DNA of 62,336 nt, counting the filler, from Diploschistes diacapsis (taxonomy: Eukaryota): the NCBI GenBank assembly GCA_023645945.1. It is 11 parts of 11 records of this genome, joined end to end, with 100 filler letters (N's around TTAATTAATTAA, not from the genome) between each part and the next. Parts side by side here need not be neighbours in the genome. Positions count along the whole stretch, not along the records: positions 1 to 26,151 come from JALAIB010000189.1; 10 more parts are not named here. The stretch is one strand, 5' to 3'. Positions 1 to 12,100 of this stretch are shown in pieces. Numbering within the stretch: the first letter of the stretch is position 1; each line of letters starts with the position of its first letter. The translations under genes and the position numbers were made by a program. A model generated the notes under the pieces. It was not told the DNA's origin. It made no database searches and saw only the letters and a list, made by a program, of their open reading frames with translations.

Positions 1-504
1 TATATTAAATTAATTATCGGGATTCTATTCTTTCTTAATAAAGTCGATTAATTCTTTTCCGGCCATAATAATATCTAATCGATAATATTAGATTTTTAAA
101 AAACTCGAAAAAGAATAACGTATATTTTAAAAGTTCTTTGGCTTTTTAATAAACGAAAACGATAATTTTTATAATAATTTATAGAGGTTTCTTTAAAGGA
201 TTAAGCGGTAAGAAAATACGATAAAAAAATTTTCATTACGCGATCTATATCTTAAATCTTAATAAATCGAATAATGTAAGCGAATCGAATCGTTTCGATC
301 GAAAGAAGATTTATCCTTTTCGAAACTTAATCTTTAAAGTCTGGCCGAGGCCAAAACTTTTTAAATAAGTTACCTTTTCGTTGCTACCATATGTGATTCG
401 ATTGTATAGTCTTTTTAAATTGTCTAGCTATAGATTTACAAATAAAAGGTATTCCGCCAAGTCTTTTCGGACTTAGGGCTTAATTCCGTAGTGAAACCAC
501 ACTG
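1..504. mobile_element. AT-rich RIP-degraded repeat relic, possibly the right end of a Tc1/mariner-type DNA transposon
   Basis: Very AT-rich, few CpA/TpG but many CpG, no ORF. Ends in ...GAAACCACACTG (reverse complement starts CAGTG, as in Tc1/mariner TIRs), after which composition changes. The flanking dinucleotide is TG, not TA. Confidence 0.5.
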
Positions 505-515
505 TGATATTGCAA

Positions 516-548
516 AGCGCCAGTTTAGCGCCAGTTTAGCGCCAGTTT
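516..548. repeat. 11-bp tandem repeat (AGCGCCAGTTT)x3
   Basis: Three perfect copies read directly from the sequence. Confidence 0.9.
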
Positions 549-742
549 AATGCCGCTAGGCCACATAGCCAAAAGACCAACAATACTGGTTTGTGCCAGT
601 ATTGAACTGAACTGATATATATAGCGAAACCACAAGACTTAGTGACGAAACAATACATACAATATCATTACTGTTAGCTTCAAACAAAGGGTTAAACAAC
701 GTAGGCAAAGCCTGTTAAGAAGATTGCCATTACGCCAACCTT

Positions 743-1460
743 TTATATAATGGACTTTTGTAATGTTTTGACAGCTGCAAGCGGCAGCAATAACATATAA
801 ACGTCCAGAATAAGGTTTACGGCTACAATCGACAGGATCCAAACGTCCATCAAATTCTGTCGAGGATTCTGAACTGCATCCAAGAACGACTGCCCAGGGC
901 CTGTTGCCGTGAAGCCAAGGGTCACACCAAGGAGGATGATATAAAAAGTAACCGTAATAGCCATTCTAGCGTAAGAGCAATACCGAAACCGTCTCCAAGG
1001 GCGGAAGAGCTGAATGCAGAAGAGAAAGAAGGTGATTTTCACCAAAGGTCATACTAAGGCTGTCGTCCAATTGGCGAAGAAACCAGTCTATCAAGTTTCC
1101 TTCACTAGAAGGAAGAGCCAGCATCAATTCACCAAGAGAAAAGTCTTGGGTCGTAAGATCAAGCGCTGTAAGATGCCACATATGTAATCCCAACTTGCCA
1201 ACAGTGGCAGCTTATGTTGTATTGGGCCAAATGCTCTCTATATACTTTCGTGGGATAACTGACTGCAGGCATGATAACAATCTAAAGGGGATGGTGTTAG
1301 CGTCTTGAATGAACCAATGAGAAGGTATCCAAGAAGCTAGATAATTACTTACTGTGGCTAGCACGCAGGTATCTGTTCGTTTCTTCCACCTGTAGAGTTT
1401 TGTTTCGAAAGTGGCTACAAACTTGTTTTAGAGAACTGAATTTATGGCTTTTGTGCGAGC
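743..1460 (-). pseudogene. PTH11-like/SAT4-type fungal rhodopsin-domain membrane protein, disrupted and 3'-truncated
   Basis: GLHMWH (G.H.W motif), KITFFLFCIQLF and NLILDVYMLLLPLAAVKTLQ are family hallmarks but lie in different frames. The last TM helices are absent. Boundaries approximate. Confidence 0.6.
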
Positions 1461-1780
1461 AGGCTCCTTCCAGGCCAAGTACTGAGCTCTACGTAATCTA
1501 CAATCCCTGCGAATTCCCTAGTAAAAGTACTCGGTGGTTGCGTCTCCTGCAGAGGAAGGTGGCAGACAAGTAGTTTCGGGGCGTCAAAAAACCATATGGG
1601 AGATAGTGAGGAGGCATCATCAGGCAGTGGCTCGAATAGAAGCCTGTTGAAACAGCTGCCCTCCTCTGCTTTCTTTTCAAAACTAAAGCCACGCCTCTAC
1701 CGTTCATAGTTCCTTGCTCCTGCTCTTCTTTCGATTTCGACACAGTAACGCTGGCATTCGTAACTGCAAAAGTTGGGACC

Positions 1781-2727
1781 ATGAAGTCGGTTCTTGTTAC
1801 AGGCTGCAGTGCTGGTGGCATTGGCTCAGCGCTTGCTGAAGAATTCCAAAAAAAATGGCCTACAAGTCTTCGCAACCGGTCGCAACCTTTCGAAGATGGC
1901 CCATCTAGAGAAAGTACCGAACCTTACGGCCTTGGAGCTTGATCCCACCTCTGGATCCAGTATCGAAGCTGCTTGTCAAGCTGTGAAAGCCGTTACCGAG
2001 GGAAGACTGGACTATTTGATCAACAATGCCGGACAGACAATCATCATGCCTACTCTAGACTTTGACATCGACACCGCGAAGCAAATGTACGATATCAATG
2101 TCTGGGGCATGGTCCGCGTTACTCAAGTCTTTGCCCCGCTTGTGGTAGCGGCTCAAGGAACTATCGCTAATGTAAGCTCGATTGCTGCTGCCGTGCGCAC
2201 GCCTTGGATGGGTAAGGCTTCCTTGGAAAGGAACAAGAGTTTGAAAACGTTAATTAGATGATAGGCATCTACTCAGGATCCAAAAGCGCAATCTCTACGA
2301 TTACTGACACTCTTCGCATGGAGATGGCTCCATTCGGCGTGAAGGTTGTAACGATTGTCACGGGTGCTATTGCTACGAATACCTTGAATACTGGTCTCAA
2401 TTTCAAACTCCCGGCCACGTCGATGTATCGAAGTATCGAGGACACCATCGCAAACCGTGCCAAGGGGGGTGATGGGAGGCCAAGAACGCAGCCTGGAGAT
2501 TTTGCCAAACAAGTCGTTGCCGACATCCTGGGAGGAGCTAATACCTCAATCTGGAGAGGCTCACATGCCTCAATTACCAAGTTTATAACTTCGTGGCTCC
2601 CGAGATCTGTGTCGGTAAGCTAGAATCTCCATTCCTTCAGTCTAAGACGCCCGAGGCTTCCCTAACTTATGAGCAGGATGCATTATCTCGAAAAGGGACG
2701 GGCCTAGATATGATCAAGGCGGAGTAG
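1781..2727 (+). pseudogene. Short-chain dehydrogenase/reductase (Ayr1-like) with a +1 frameshift in an A8 run
   Basis: MKSVLVTGCSAGGIG (TGxxxGIG), NNAG and YSGSK (YxxxK). Introns 2212-2264 and about 2614-2676; stop 2725-2727. The A8 run at 1848-1855 needs A7 to keep frame. This is the only lesion seen, so it could be a sequencing error. Confidence 0.75.
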
Positions 2728-3005
2728 ACATTGGCAATGACATTTTGCATGCAGCATAGTACGCGTGACTGCTTTGGGACCTGTCCTTTCATCGTTTTCA
2801 AACAGTGCATGGAATAACTTTGGAAGGGCATTAATTTGTTAAGCGCTGGAAGTTCGATGGTACCGCTTAATTTCCTGGAGGATTAACCGTGGTCGTCTAG
2901 CGTCAGATGGCCGTGCACCATTAACCATAGTGGTTCTAGGTAGATCTATGCGAGCGAGCGCGTTCAGGGAAATAGGTCGTCATGGCTTGTTAAATATTTT
3001 AAGTC

Positions 3006-3915
3006 TCAGTTGCTGTACCAGACTAATGCAACAAGCGTGATAAAAATGCTAGCATATAGCAGGGAGCTTGTGGTTAGCAGGGCATTCTTGATTCCTTGAA
3101 GAACGATGGCGTTGATTTTCTCCTTCAACGCCGCAGCTTCGTTGACATGTGGAAGCGGGACGTCAGGGATTGGTTTCTGAAGGAAGTCGCACAATGGCTT
3201 CCAGCCATCTTCGAACTTGAACTCTAAGTATCTCTCAGGCGGAGCGATCCGTTTGACTAAGACGTAATGTTCTCGGTACTTCGATCGGGCTTTTCTTTGC
3301 ATATCTTGTAAGCAATGCGCTTTCATCCAACCACTTGTCCAACGCCAGATGTACCTCCAAGTCGTCCAACAAAGTGAGCGTCCAATCGAGCAATCAGTCT
3401 AGAGAGTGGGCTCCAGACACTCTTCAATTAAACCTTCATTGAAGCTCTCATGCCACTTCTCAACATCCCTTTCGACCATGACGACCTTGGATTCAGGGTA
3501 CAAATCGATCAGTTCTTCTGCAAAAGCGACAGCAGGTAGATCCGCAACAGCACCGTATGAGCCTAGCAACTGATCCCATTCGATTCGAGTGAAAGGCGAT
3601 CCCTTGTTAAAGAATTTTGCGTCGAGAGCTCCATCCCAGACGGCGCAATCTTCTGTGCTAGCAAAAAGTGTGAAGCCATGATAGCAAGGGATACCGAGGA
3701 TGTTCAGAGCGCGCTGCATGGCTTGGTAACATTAATTCCTTGTCACGAAGCGCCATTTAGGAATGGTTAGAAGACTTACATGCTGTTCCAGTACGAGGCA
3801 TGCCCAGACTTAGGACTTCCATAGGAACTGTACGTCTGCTAGACGAAGGACTGGCTTCTTCGCGGACATTGGAGAGGCTTGAACCCTTCTCTTCTGAAGA
3901 TAAATTCTGTGGCAT
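3006..3915 (-). pseudogene. Sulfotransfer_4-like P-loop protein, disrupted
   Basis: VLSLGMPRTGTA|SMQRAL..CYHG, AVADLP, ERDVEKWHES, GWKPLCDFL..P+PDVPLPHVNE. Intron 3722-3779. In-frame TAG at 3399-3401, with the family-like segment VWSPLSRLIARLD in a shifted frame. Confidence 0.75.
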
Positions 3916-4848
3916 TCCCTTAGGCTTGGGGAAAGTAATGTCAGATTCTGTGCTTGACTCATACAGACACACAGCTAGGCATACAGGTTGAAAATACCTC
4001 TCCCACACAAAAAACGCCCGAAGATCAGCCTTGGTTAGACATTCAGGCCAGATCGGCTACTTCCTCGTAGATTGCTTTTGATTATGACACAATAGGTTCA
4101 AAGGTTCAAAACTAGAACTAGCAAATATTGGAATATAGTTTGGCGCCTAGCTTTGGTGCTACCCGATAAGGGGTTTCAATTCTGTGTATCTTGCGAGCTT
4201 ATTGAAGACTTTTCGGCAATATTCTCGACGGCAGACCTTTTCGAGTACCTAGCCTGCTTCGAAAAAGCTGAATGCTGTGGGATTGTTCCTAAACAGCACT
4301 GTAATTGCCCTCTTACGCTTGAGAAGCTCGCAAGAATCAAGCTTCTCAGCTCTGATGTGACCCAAAGGTAGTGAGATCCTGGTCAAGTTTTAAAGTACAA
4401 TCGTCTGCAGTCAATGTTCTTCCAAAAAAAACCTGCTTTCGCGACACCTGTAAATCTTTCGATAAAAAAAAGATATAGCTGGGCAACGCTTCTGAGAAAG
4501 AGCTTACCAAAGAGAGCAAATGACCAGTTATCCAGAAATACGAGGCTGCTGGACTCACACCACTGCGTGAGCAATCAGCAGCTTTAATAGATGGTGGTTT
4601 TTTGCTCGCTCATTTGGCTCAGCCTTCGATATTGTCAGTCTGGTCAGAACAAACATGGAGCGGCTATCAAGCCTCGATGTGGAGAGAAGGGATTTCGTTG
4701 GCTTCGAAGGACCCATATCAGCTGGAGTCCTCAAGAGGCAGGACCAATTTGGCTCCATTTCTCTGCATCGCCACTTCGTGAGACCCTTTCGAGCTTGTTC
4801 CATTCGACAGCCTTTACGACTCCTGACAAAGTCATCTCACATAACACA

Positions 4849-6420
4849 ATGTCGCCGTTGCTTGTTATCTCGTTGGCTACATCATGCTTGCTGTTTTGAA
4901 AACTGTGGAAGTTCACGATTGTGCCAATTTTATATCTCGGAGATCCCAAGGAGCTTCCATACTGGATCCCTTGTAAGTAGAGCTAGACCATCCAGAATAT
5001 ACAGTTGTGATATTGACAAATAGTCCAGGTCTAGATATTGGAGTCAGAATAATGATTGCATTCGGAGTTCCTTTCTCTCTTGCTAATTCTGCTCCAGGTC
5101 ATGCCGTCGGATTCTTCTTCAACTCCTATCGTGTTCTAAATGAAGGACGGTAAGGAATAACATTCATCATTTTCATACTCAAAGATTATTTCAGCACAGC
5201 ACCTACTTTGGCAAAACTCTAGAGCCCTACACATTGATCGTTGCGGGCCAAAAGATCTTCGTCTCACTTCACCCGAGGATGTCCAGACCCTTTACAGATA
5301 CACCGAAAAATTCTCTTGGCTTAAGTTTGTCCAGGACCTATATCGATGGGTTGGTATGTCTACCTTCAGCATTGAGAAGCTCTGGACTCCTCCGACTGAG
5401 GACAGAGGAAGCGCCTTCCTCTGCGTAAGCTTCCTCCAAACCAGATGGTAGAGCAGTATGAACACTTTCAGCTTCTTCCTGGTCAAATCATGAGCAGCTC
5501 GCCTCGCAGTTTACAGCTGAGCTTGAAAGTCTACTCTCTTGGGACGCACTAAAGGCTAGCCCCGAATATGTTCTAGAGTCTGCGTCCGACTCCACGAAGA
5601 TCTCTCTCATGGACTGGACTTCGGAGGTCTTCATATCGACCACCACAAAGCTATACTGGGGCAAGAGTTTACTGGAAATCGAGCCCAATCTGCTCCATAT
5701 TTTCCGCCAGTGGGAAGAAACAAACTGGAAGTACGTCTTTCAGCTTCCCCGTTGTCTCAGCAAGGACACGTATGCAGCAAGAGATGGACTCGTCGGTGCA
5801 TTGACAAAGTACTTCCATCTACCCAGAGAAAGAAGGAGTGATACCGCATATTTCGTGAAGATGGCGGAATCTGAGCTGCGTGATATTGCTCTCGATGAAA
5901 GAGAAATTGCGAGGATCCATATGCTACAGATGTGGGCGTAAGTACACTCGCTCCCTGTTGATTCTTGCACCAACACGTTTGAAAGGTCAATGGAAACGTA
6001 CATAAAGTAACATTTTGGGTCTCTGCGTACATCTTGCACAATCCTAGCCTCCTCATCACTATCAATGAGGAGGTCGACAATTGCACCTGGACACCGAATT
6101 CTGGGGTCCAGATACTCACGACTTTAAAGCAGAGCGTTTCTTGCACGATAAGAACCTGGCACGGTGCTCGAGCCACAAGCCGTTTGGGGGAGGCCAGCAT
6201 TTGTGCCCAGGTCGGTTTTTGGCAAAGAAAGTTGTCTTCAGCTTCATTGCTCTGGTGCTGTCGCGATTTGAGGTCGGCTTAGATAACTCGAGACGGAAAG
6301 GCAGAAGCGCAATTCCCAAGAGTAGATGAGAGTAAGCCTGCGCTTGGAACGTTGGCACCCTTGATTGGGGATGAGGTGATCCCAAGACCCGGGCCGAGAC
6401 ACGAAGTCCAAATATGCTGA
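4849..6420 (+). pseudogene. Cytochrome P450 (CYP7/prostacyclin-synthase-like clan) pseudogene
   Basis: N-terminal TM anchor then LPYWIP..GHA; AERF (PERF) motif; heme motif PFGGGQHLCPG. TGA at 4897-4899, several frameshifts, and the ExxR K-helix region is missing near 6080. Confidence 0.85.
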
Positions 6421-6546
6421 AGAATACGATATAAACAATGGTTGATTAATAACGATAAAGAAGAACTAACTCTAGTAAATGACTTAAGAGTCAATTCAAT
6501 GTTTGGAAATCTTGGAGAACTATGGCCTTTGCATCACCTCTTCTCC

Positions 6547-8358
6547 TCAGGCTCTTCCATCCTTGATTGGTGCAGTGACTTTGTCTTTTAGTCCGAATTC
6601 AGTCTGCAACTCCGTACGCAGATTCACTTCTCGTTCCAGCCAGACAAGCAAGAAGCCAAGGCCGGAAATAGCAACGGCAACTATCCAAACAACCCCAAGA
6701 CTGTCTGTGTAAACCCCAACCACTTGCAATTTCAGACTGGGGATATTGCCGAGTGGATCAAGGAAGGCGCTAGTGCCGTGACTATAGGCCTGACCACCAG
6801 CGAGGAGAGTCCTCACCGAGGCGTCGGGAAAACGGTATGAGAGATTAGCGAACTCATTGTTAAAGACTGCACCAGAGACGGCGATACCCCATATTGCGCC
6901 GAAGCTGCGAAACACAGCCCAGATAGCTGTCGTCGTTGCCGTCTCCGTATCCGAAAGCTCCGCCTGAGCAGCATCTAGGAGGGTGCCAATAGGAAGGCCC
7001 AGTCCTGCTGCGAAGATGAATTGGAACATGGTCCAAGCTGCAGTTGATGATGTAGCATCGAACATTGTAAAAAGGCCCAAGCCAATTGTCATGAGTGCAA
7101 AGCCATGTGATGTGTGGGACGATAACGTCCATATTTCTCCATGACTACGCCACCGATTGCTGCAAAGACCATGAGAAAAATGACCGTCGGTAGAAGCTGG
7201 ACGCCGGACCTAATAGGTGTGGACCCCAGCACCGCCTGGAAATAGACTGGAAGAAAATAAATTGACCAATTCATGATGAGCGTATGGATTAATGTGAGAA
7301 TAAAAGCTGTCGCAGATGTTCTATTGGAGAAAAGCTGATGAGGAAGTGTGGGTTCTGTGCAAAACTTCGAACGTTCGTAGGCATAGAAGAGGCCCAGCCC
7401 AACGAACCCAAACACAAGTGTAAGCAAGGTACGCCATGAAGACCAGAGATAGATCGTCCCGGCGTTGGTAAGTGCAATCAAAACAGCAACAACGGAGAGA
7501 ATGAATATGCTGTTTCCGACAAAGTCGATCGTCTTGAGCTTTGCTCTGAAGCTCGATTCCTTGGTATGACTGACCTGAAGGAACAACATGAGCAGGACAA
7601 GGGCTGCCGCACCGATAGGAAGATTCAGATAGAATATCCATCCCCAGCTGCCCGACTGCAGAATGGCGCCGCCTAGGAAGGGTCCCAGAGCCGTTCCAAC
7701 GGTAACAGCACCAAAAACTATGCCCATAACAGTGCCCCTTTCGCGAAGCGGGACGAGGTCTGAGACGATGAGGTCGACCATCATTGTGACCCCAGCTCCA
7801 CCGATTCCTTGAATTGTCCGCCCGAGTATCAAGATACTCATAGTGCTCGCACCACCACTGAGGCCGCTGCCAAGCATGAACATTGCGATGGCAAACATTA
7901 TGAGCCAGCGGCGGCCCAGTATATTAGCTACCTGCCCATATAATGGCTGAAACGCTGTACTGTAGAAGTTTAGGAATAGCTGAGATCCCGATATATGGCC
8001 TTGCTCACCTAGTACGAAAATACACATTTGCTACCCAAACGTACAATCTTCCCCCACCAAGATCATAGATAATTGTTGGCAGAGCGGTAGACACAACAGT
8101 TCCTTCCATCGCTGGTAGAAGAGCCGTAACCGATAATCCTGTGATTATCATCCAGTATCGCAGACCTTTGTTGGTATGTCCTGGACTAGAGGAATCCTTC
8201 CCGCTGGCGCCAGATTCCTGAGCATCTTTCGAACTGAAGATTTGAGCAGGGAAGCAGTCGACTCATCTGCTGCCTGGAAGGGATACCTGAGGGTGTGGCA
8301 TCCTATTCGTCATCCGGAATACCACATGTATCCGGGTTTCACGCAGTTGTCGAGCCAT
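6547..8358 (-). pseudogene. MFS drug:H+ antiporter (DHA2, 14-TM), disrupted
   Basis: STALPTI, QPLYGQVANILGRR (motif A), GRTIQGIGGAG, GPFLGG and WIFYLNLPIG. Frameshifts near 7095, near 8050 and in the N-terminal region. Start position uncertain. Confidence 0.8.
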
Positions 8359-8899
8359 TAGTTATAATAACTCGCTCATCTGGCAGAGATATGCAACTGG
8401 CCCCTATATTTCCTTCTCTTACCATTTTGGCTGCTCGTTGTGATAAAGTAGTGAGACATAATGCCCCAAAATATATGATGGAGCTAGCTGAGAACTGGAT
8501 AGAATACCATTAAGGAGGAGATCAGTCGTAAGTAAAACGCTGCAACGACGTGTTGAAGGCATATCCCACCTCGAGCAGTACCGCCCACTTCATAACAATA
8601 AAGCTTGCAAACGTATAGTCTAGACTAGACGTGCGGCCCGATAATAATAGGCATCTTGAGTATTATATAGGGCTGATTTCTGTTAAATATCAAATCCTAC
8701 CCAAAGATGGTTTATAATATGGGAGGGAGGAAATCCGCTCGTGGACCAATTGGGCCATGGGAAAATATAGCTTAATTATCCCTACGGGCACCGTATCGAT
8801 TTTTTCACTTCAAGTCTTTTTAGACTCGAGTCTTTGAGCTTCGCTTCGCTTCAGCAGCCTTCAGTCTGATCTCCTATCCATTCATGATTATTGACTAAA

Positions 8900-9960
8900 T
8901 ATCGCTATCTGGGTCCATCGCGCTCTACCTCCCTCCCTCCCTTCTGTCGGGGAGACTCGTTATCGCCGGCTCTTCGTCCTGGACGATCGCTGCCTCTGTG
9001 CCTTCCAAAATGGAACCAAGATTATCGCAATCTTAGCGATCGCTGTCGTGGTAGTATTACGCGCAAAGCCTGTTTGCTTTGCGGCATGCGCACGCTTTTG
9101 TCCGGCATCGATTCTTCTTATACTTGAAAGACTTCTGCATCTTGGCGGTGCTCGAACTGAACCTCGCCGCCATATATTGCGAGATCGTCGTGCCGGAAGC
9201 ATTCGTAAACTCTTTGCCAATGCTCTCGCTGTCCGCTGACACCGTATTGAGTTTGCGGGTCGTTAATTGCCTGTCGATGACCCCGTTAAAAGGTGTATCT
9301 GTTGTCCCGAGGCATTTCGACAATGAGATAGAAACAGCTCGATCATCTAAAGAGAGCTTCAGGTACATTAAATCGCCTTTATTAAAGATATTAATCTGAT
9401 GATTAGCGGCATATCCTCGTTTAATTTACCGCTGCCGCCGCTCCCGCCGCTCCTGATGCTCCTGAATTACCGCGTTTTGTTCGTCGATCCGCGCGGTTAA
9501 TACATCGACATCGAAGCCTTTCGGCAGCCGAACTTCCTCGTCCGGAGCATCCTCCCACTCGATTTTCCCCCCGGTTTCCGTAGCTTCCTTCGGAACCGCG
9601 TCCAGTGCTCGGAGCAGCGTCTCGGGCAAATCTCCCACCCTTCGACGCAAAATTCGCCTGCCTCCGCCTCCACCAGCCCGTTCAATGCCGCCTCCTTAGC
9701 GTTAAGCATCCGGATTTGCACAACATGCAAATCTCGGGGACTTCGGAAGGTAAAAACCACCTTCAGAACAGAGATTTTTGTGTTTGACCACTCATCTGCC
9801 CCAAAACATCCGTCAATACCACGTGCCATTACGGATTATCCGTTTCGGCAATCCACGCCTTGATCTTGTTTTTCGTTATATTATTTGCCTACTCGACTAA
9901 ATCTTGCGTTCTAGGTGTTCGAGGCCTTTAGTGAAGGATCTTAATCGCGAAAATAATAAT
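8900..9960 (-). mobile_element. Degenerate integrase-type (KRBA2/Ginger-like) transposon, C-terminal part
   Basis: DDRAVS..GVIDRQLTTRKLNTVS followed by a Cys cluster (CRTKACACRKANRLC...C) resembles fungal KRAB-A/Ginger-like integrase tails. Broken frames, AT-rich flanks, and a CpG-rich, CpA-poor composition. Confidence 0.5.
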
Positions 9961-10779
9961 CAAAATTGGCCCCAAAAGGTTTTAAAAAAAATTATATAAT
10001 GATTTTTGCGCGGCGCAGCTTATCTGAATGAAAATGTAACAAACCAGGGAAGCTTCTAAGAAGCAAATGAATACTTCAAAATAAAACCAAGTTCGAAATG
10101 TTAATATCACAGCCAAACTTTGGAGGAGCTGCTTCCCCAGCCTTGCGATGTCGGGAACACTCTCTTCTAGAGGAAGAATGCGCCGAAGCTTTCACGCCGG
10201 GTCAACATCGCCCATGGATTCCTCGAAGACCATGGCCGGGGCGGCGATCATAGCATGGGATTTGGCCAAGTACGGGCATTGAGTTGTAAGCTCCATTTTA
10301 GAACAGTTGTTTTGCCATTTGAGTGCAGCAGGCGGCGGCGGGATCTGTATCTAAGCTGTAAATGGCTTCTTATGTGTCCCTATTCCTTTTCTAGAAGCTA
10401 CTGGTCTTCCCTGCCCCCAGACAACAGCACCGTGGTCTGTCTGTAAGATGAGCTTCTGCACCAGAGCTGCCTCCAATGCTCAGATTCTTACTCACAGATG
10501 CTTTATCCGAATCTGATGGCACAGGAAGAAATGCTTTTGACACTATGCCGCCTCGAGGAGAATTCTCCGCACGAGAAGCGAGAGTGCCTGCTGTCAGCTT
10601 CTCCATGTTCAGTCTACATTGCGTTTGGGATGGATATCAAGTTTGACCTCGCTTATTGATGCATGCTATCTGTACAATACCATTTCCTTATCTTAATGCA
10701 ACTCCTCGTGCAAACTGCAGCTACTGGACGCTACTCGTAAGATCGATTGTCTAGTAGAGGGGGTAAACTCCCTTCTGAG

Positions 10780-12100
10780 GTCCTTGTAAGGGGTTTCCTT
10801 TCGCTGAGCCCATCAGCGGTATCAACGGCCCTGATCATCCCCCCCCAATAGTCATGATGATGATGCTATGGCTATTATAAATCCACGGAGCATTCCAGTT
10901 CTTGAGCGTTACTGGTTAGCCGCAACCACGATATGATAGCCCCGAGGCAATGCTTACGTTCACTGGATAATATAAGTCCTCGTTTGGGTAGCCCACCCAC
11001 GACCAGACGGAGGTCCAGGAAGCACCCTGAGTTACGGTGGGTATACTCTCTATAGCCCTTTGCTGCATCACTTACGCTGTTGTTGCTTCTGAAGATGATC
11101 GCAGCTGGGTACCAAGAGCAAAGCTAGCCACTATGATTATACCAGGTCTCTAGACGTCAACGGCCAGACCATCATAGCTATAAGATTTGCTGCTTTCGGA
11201 GACAGGTGAGATGTCTTTCCATGTGTTGGTGTGATCAGGTAGTGTTAGACACTTCCGTTAGTTCCATCATAGGGTCCGCTTCCATCAAAAGGGAGATATA
11301 CAGGGCTTTCTCCAGCGGAAAAAGCTTTCCATCCGGCGGTAAAAAGCCCCATTGGGCTGCCCGGACGCAGTGGACCACGTAAAGCCGGCATCGTTGGATA
11401 CATGCTGGATTGATAGCAATACCGGCAGAGATTCGAAACGTGCCTCATTCGATAGGCTGGAGGTGGAATCGACCAAAACCCACGCGAAACGTTGGTGACC
11501 GTTATCATAACCAGTACTGTCGCTTAGGTCGCCTTGATAAGTGGAAAGCTGCGGGAATCTAGTGACCTGCGAGAAGGAAGCGCCAGCGTCAATACTCTTT
11601 CAGAGACCCTTGTCACTATGAGCGCCAAGGTAGATAATGTTGCTATTATGGAAGTCGATAGCAAGACGCTGGTTCATGCCACGACCGGGCATTTAACCGC
11701 CAATCTTGAGTGGCAGGTTCGCAAACGTCCAAGTGTTATCTTATCCTTTACTCTTTTCAGTCTGGCCATTGTTCGGGTTGTAACTGTCAGCATACTCGTC
11801 CATAATGACATATACAACAATAGCGTCGGATGGGTCAGTCGCAACCGCACTGATTCCCCAATCATGCCATGTTATGGAATTGGTAAGTGCGTGAGAGGAG
11901 TCCAGCTATCGTCCGAGTTAAGCCTATAGTGGCCACCAATATCCATGTGGGCGTAAGCAAGGCCTTTGGTCCCCATGTTGAAGCCAATGGCTGGTGTATA
12001 TCCTCTTTCGCCTCCTGTATACGCATTCTTCCAGGTGTAGGCCTGGGATAGGATCGACAAAGCCCGGAACTCGACGCTGATCAAGTTTGACTACAGCATA
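10780..12100 (-). pseudogene. GH74 xyloglucanase/endoglucanase pseudogene (N-terminal propeller remnant)
   Basis: SQAYTWKN..GG..GY.P.I.FN...KGLAYAHMDIGGHYRLNSDDSWTPL, later DGSGPYDGTNGSV, VWSWVGYP and ADGLSE. Many stops (e.g. 11872, 11245) and frameshifts; the C-terminal half is not recognisable. Confidence 0.85.
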
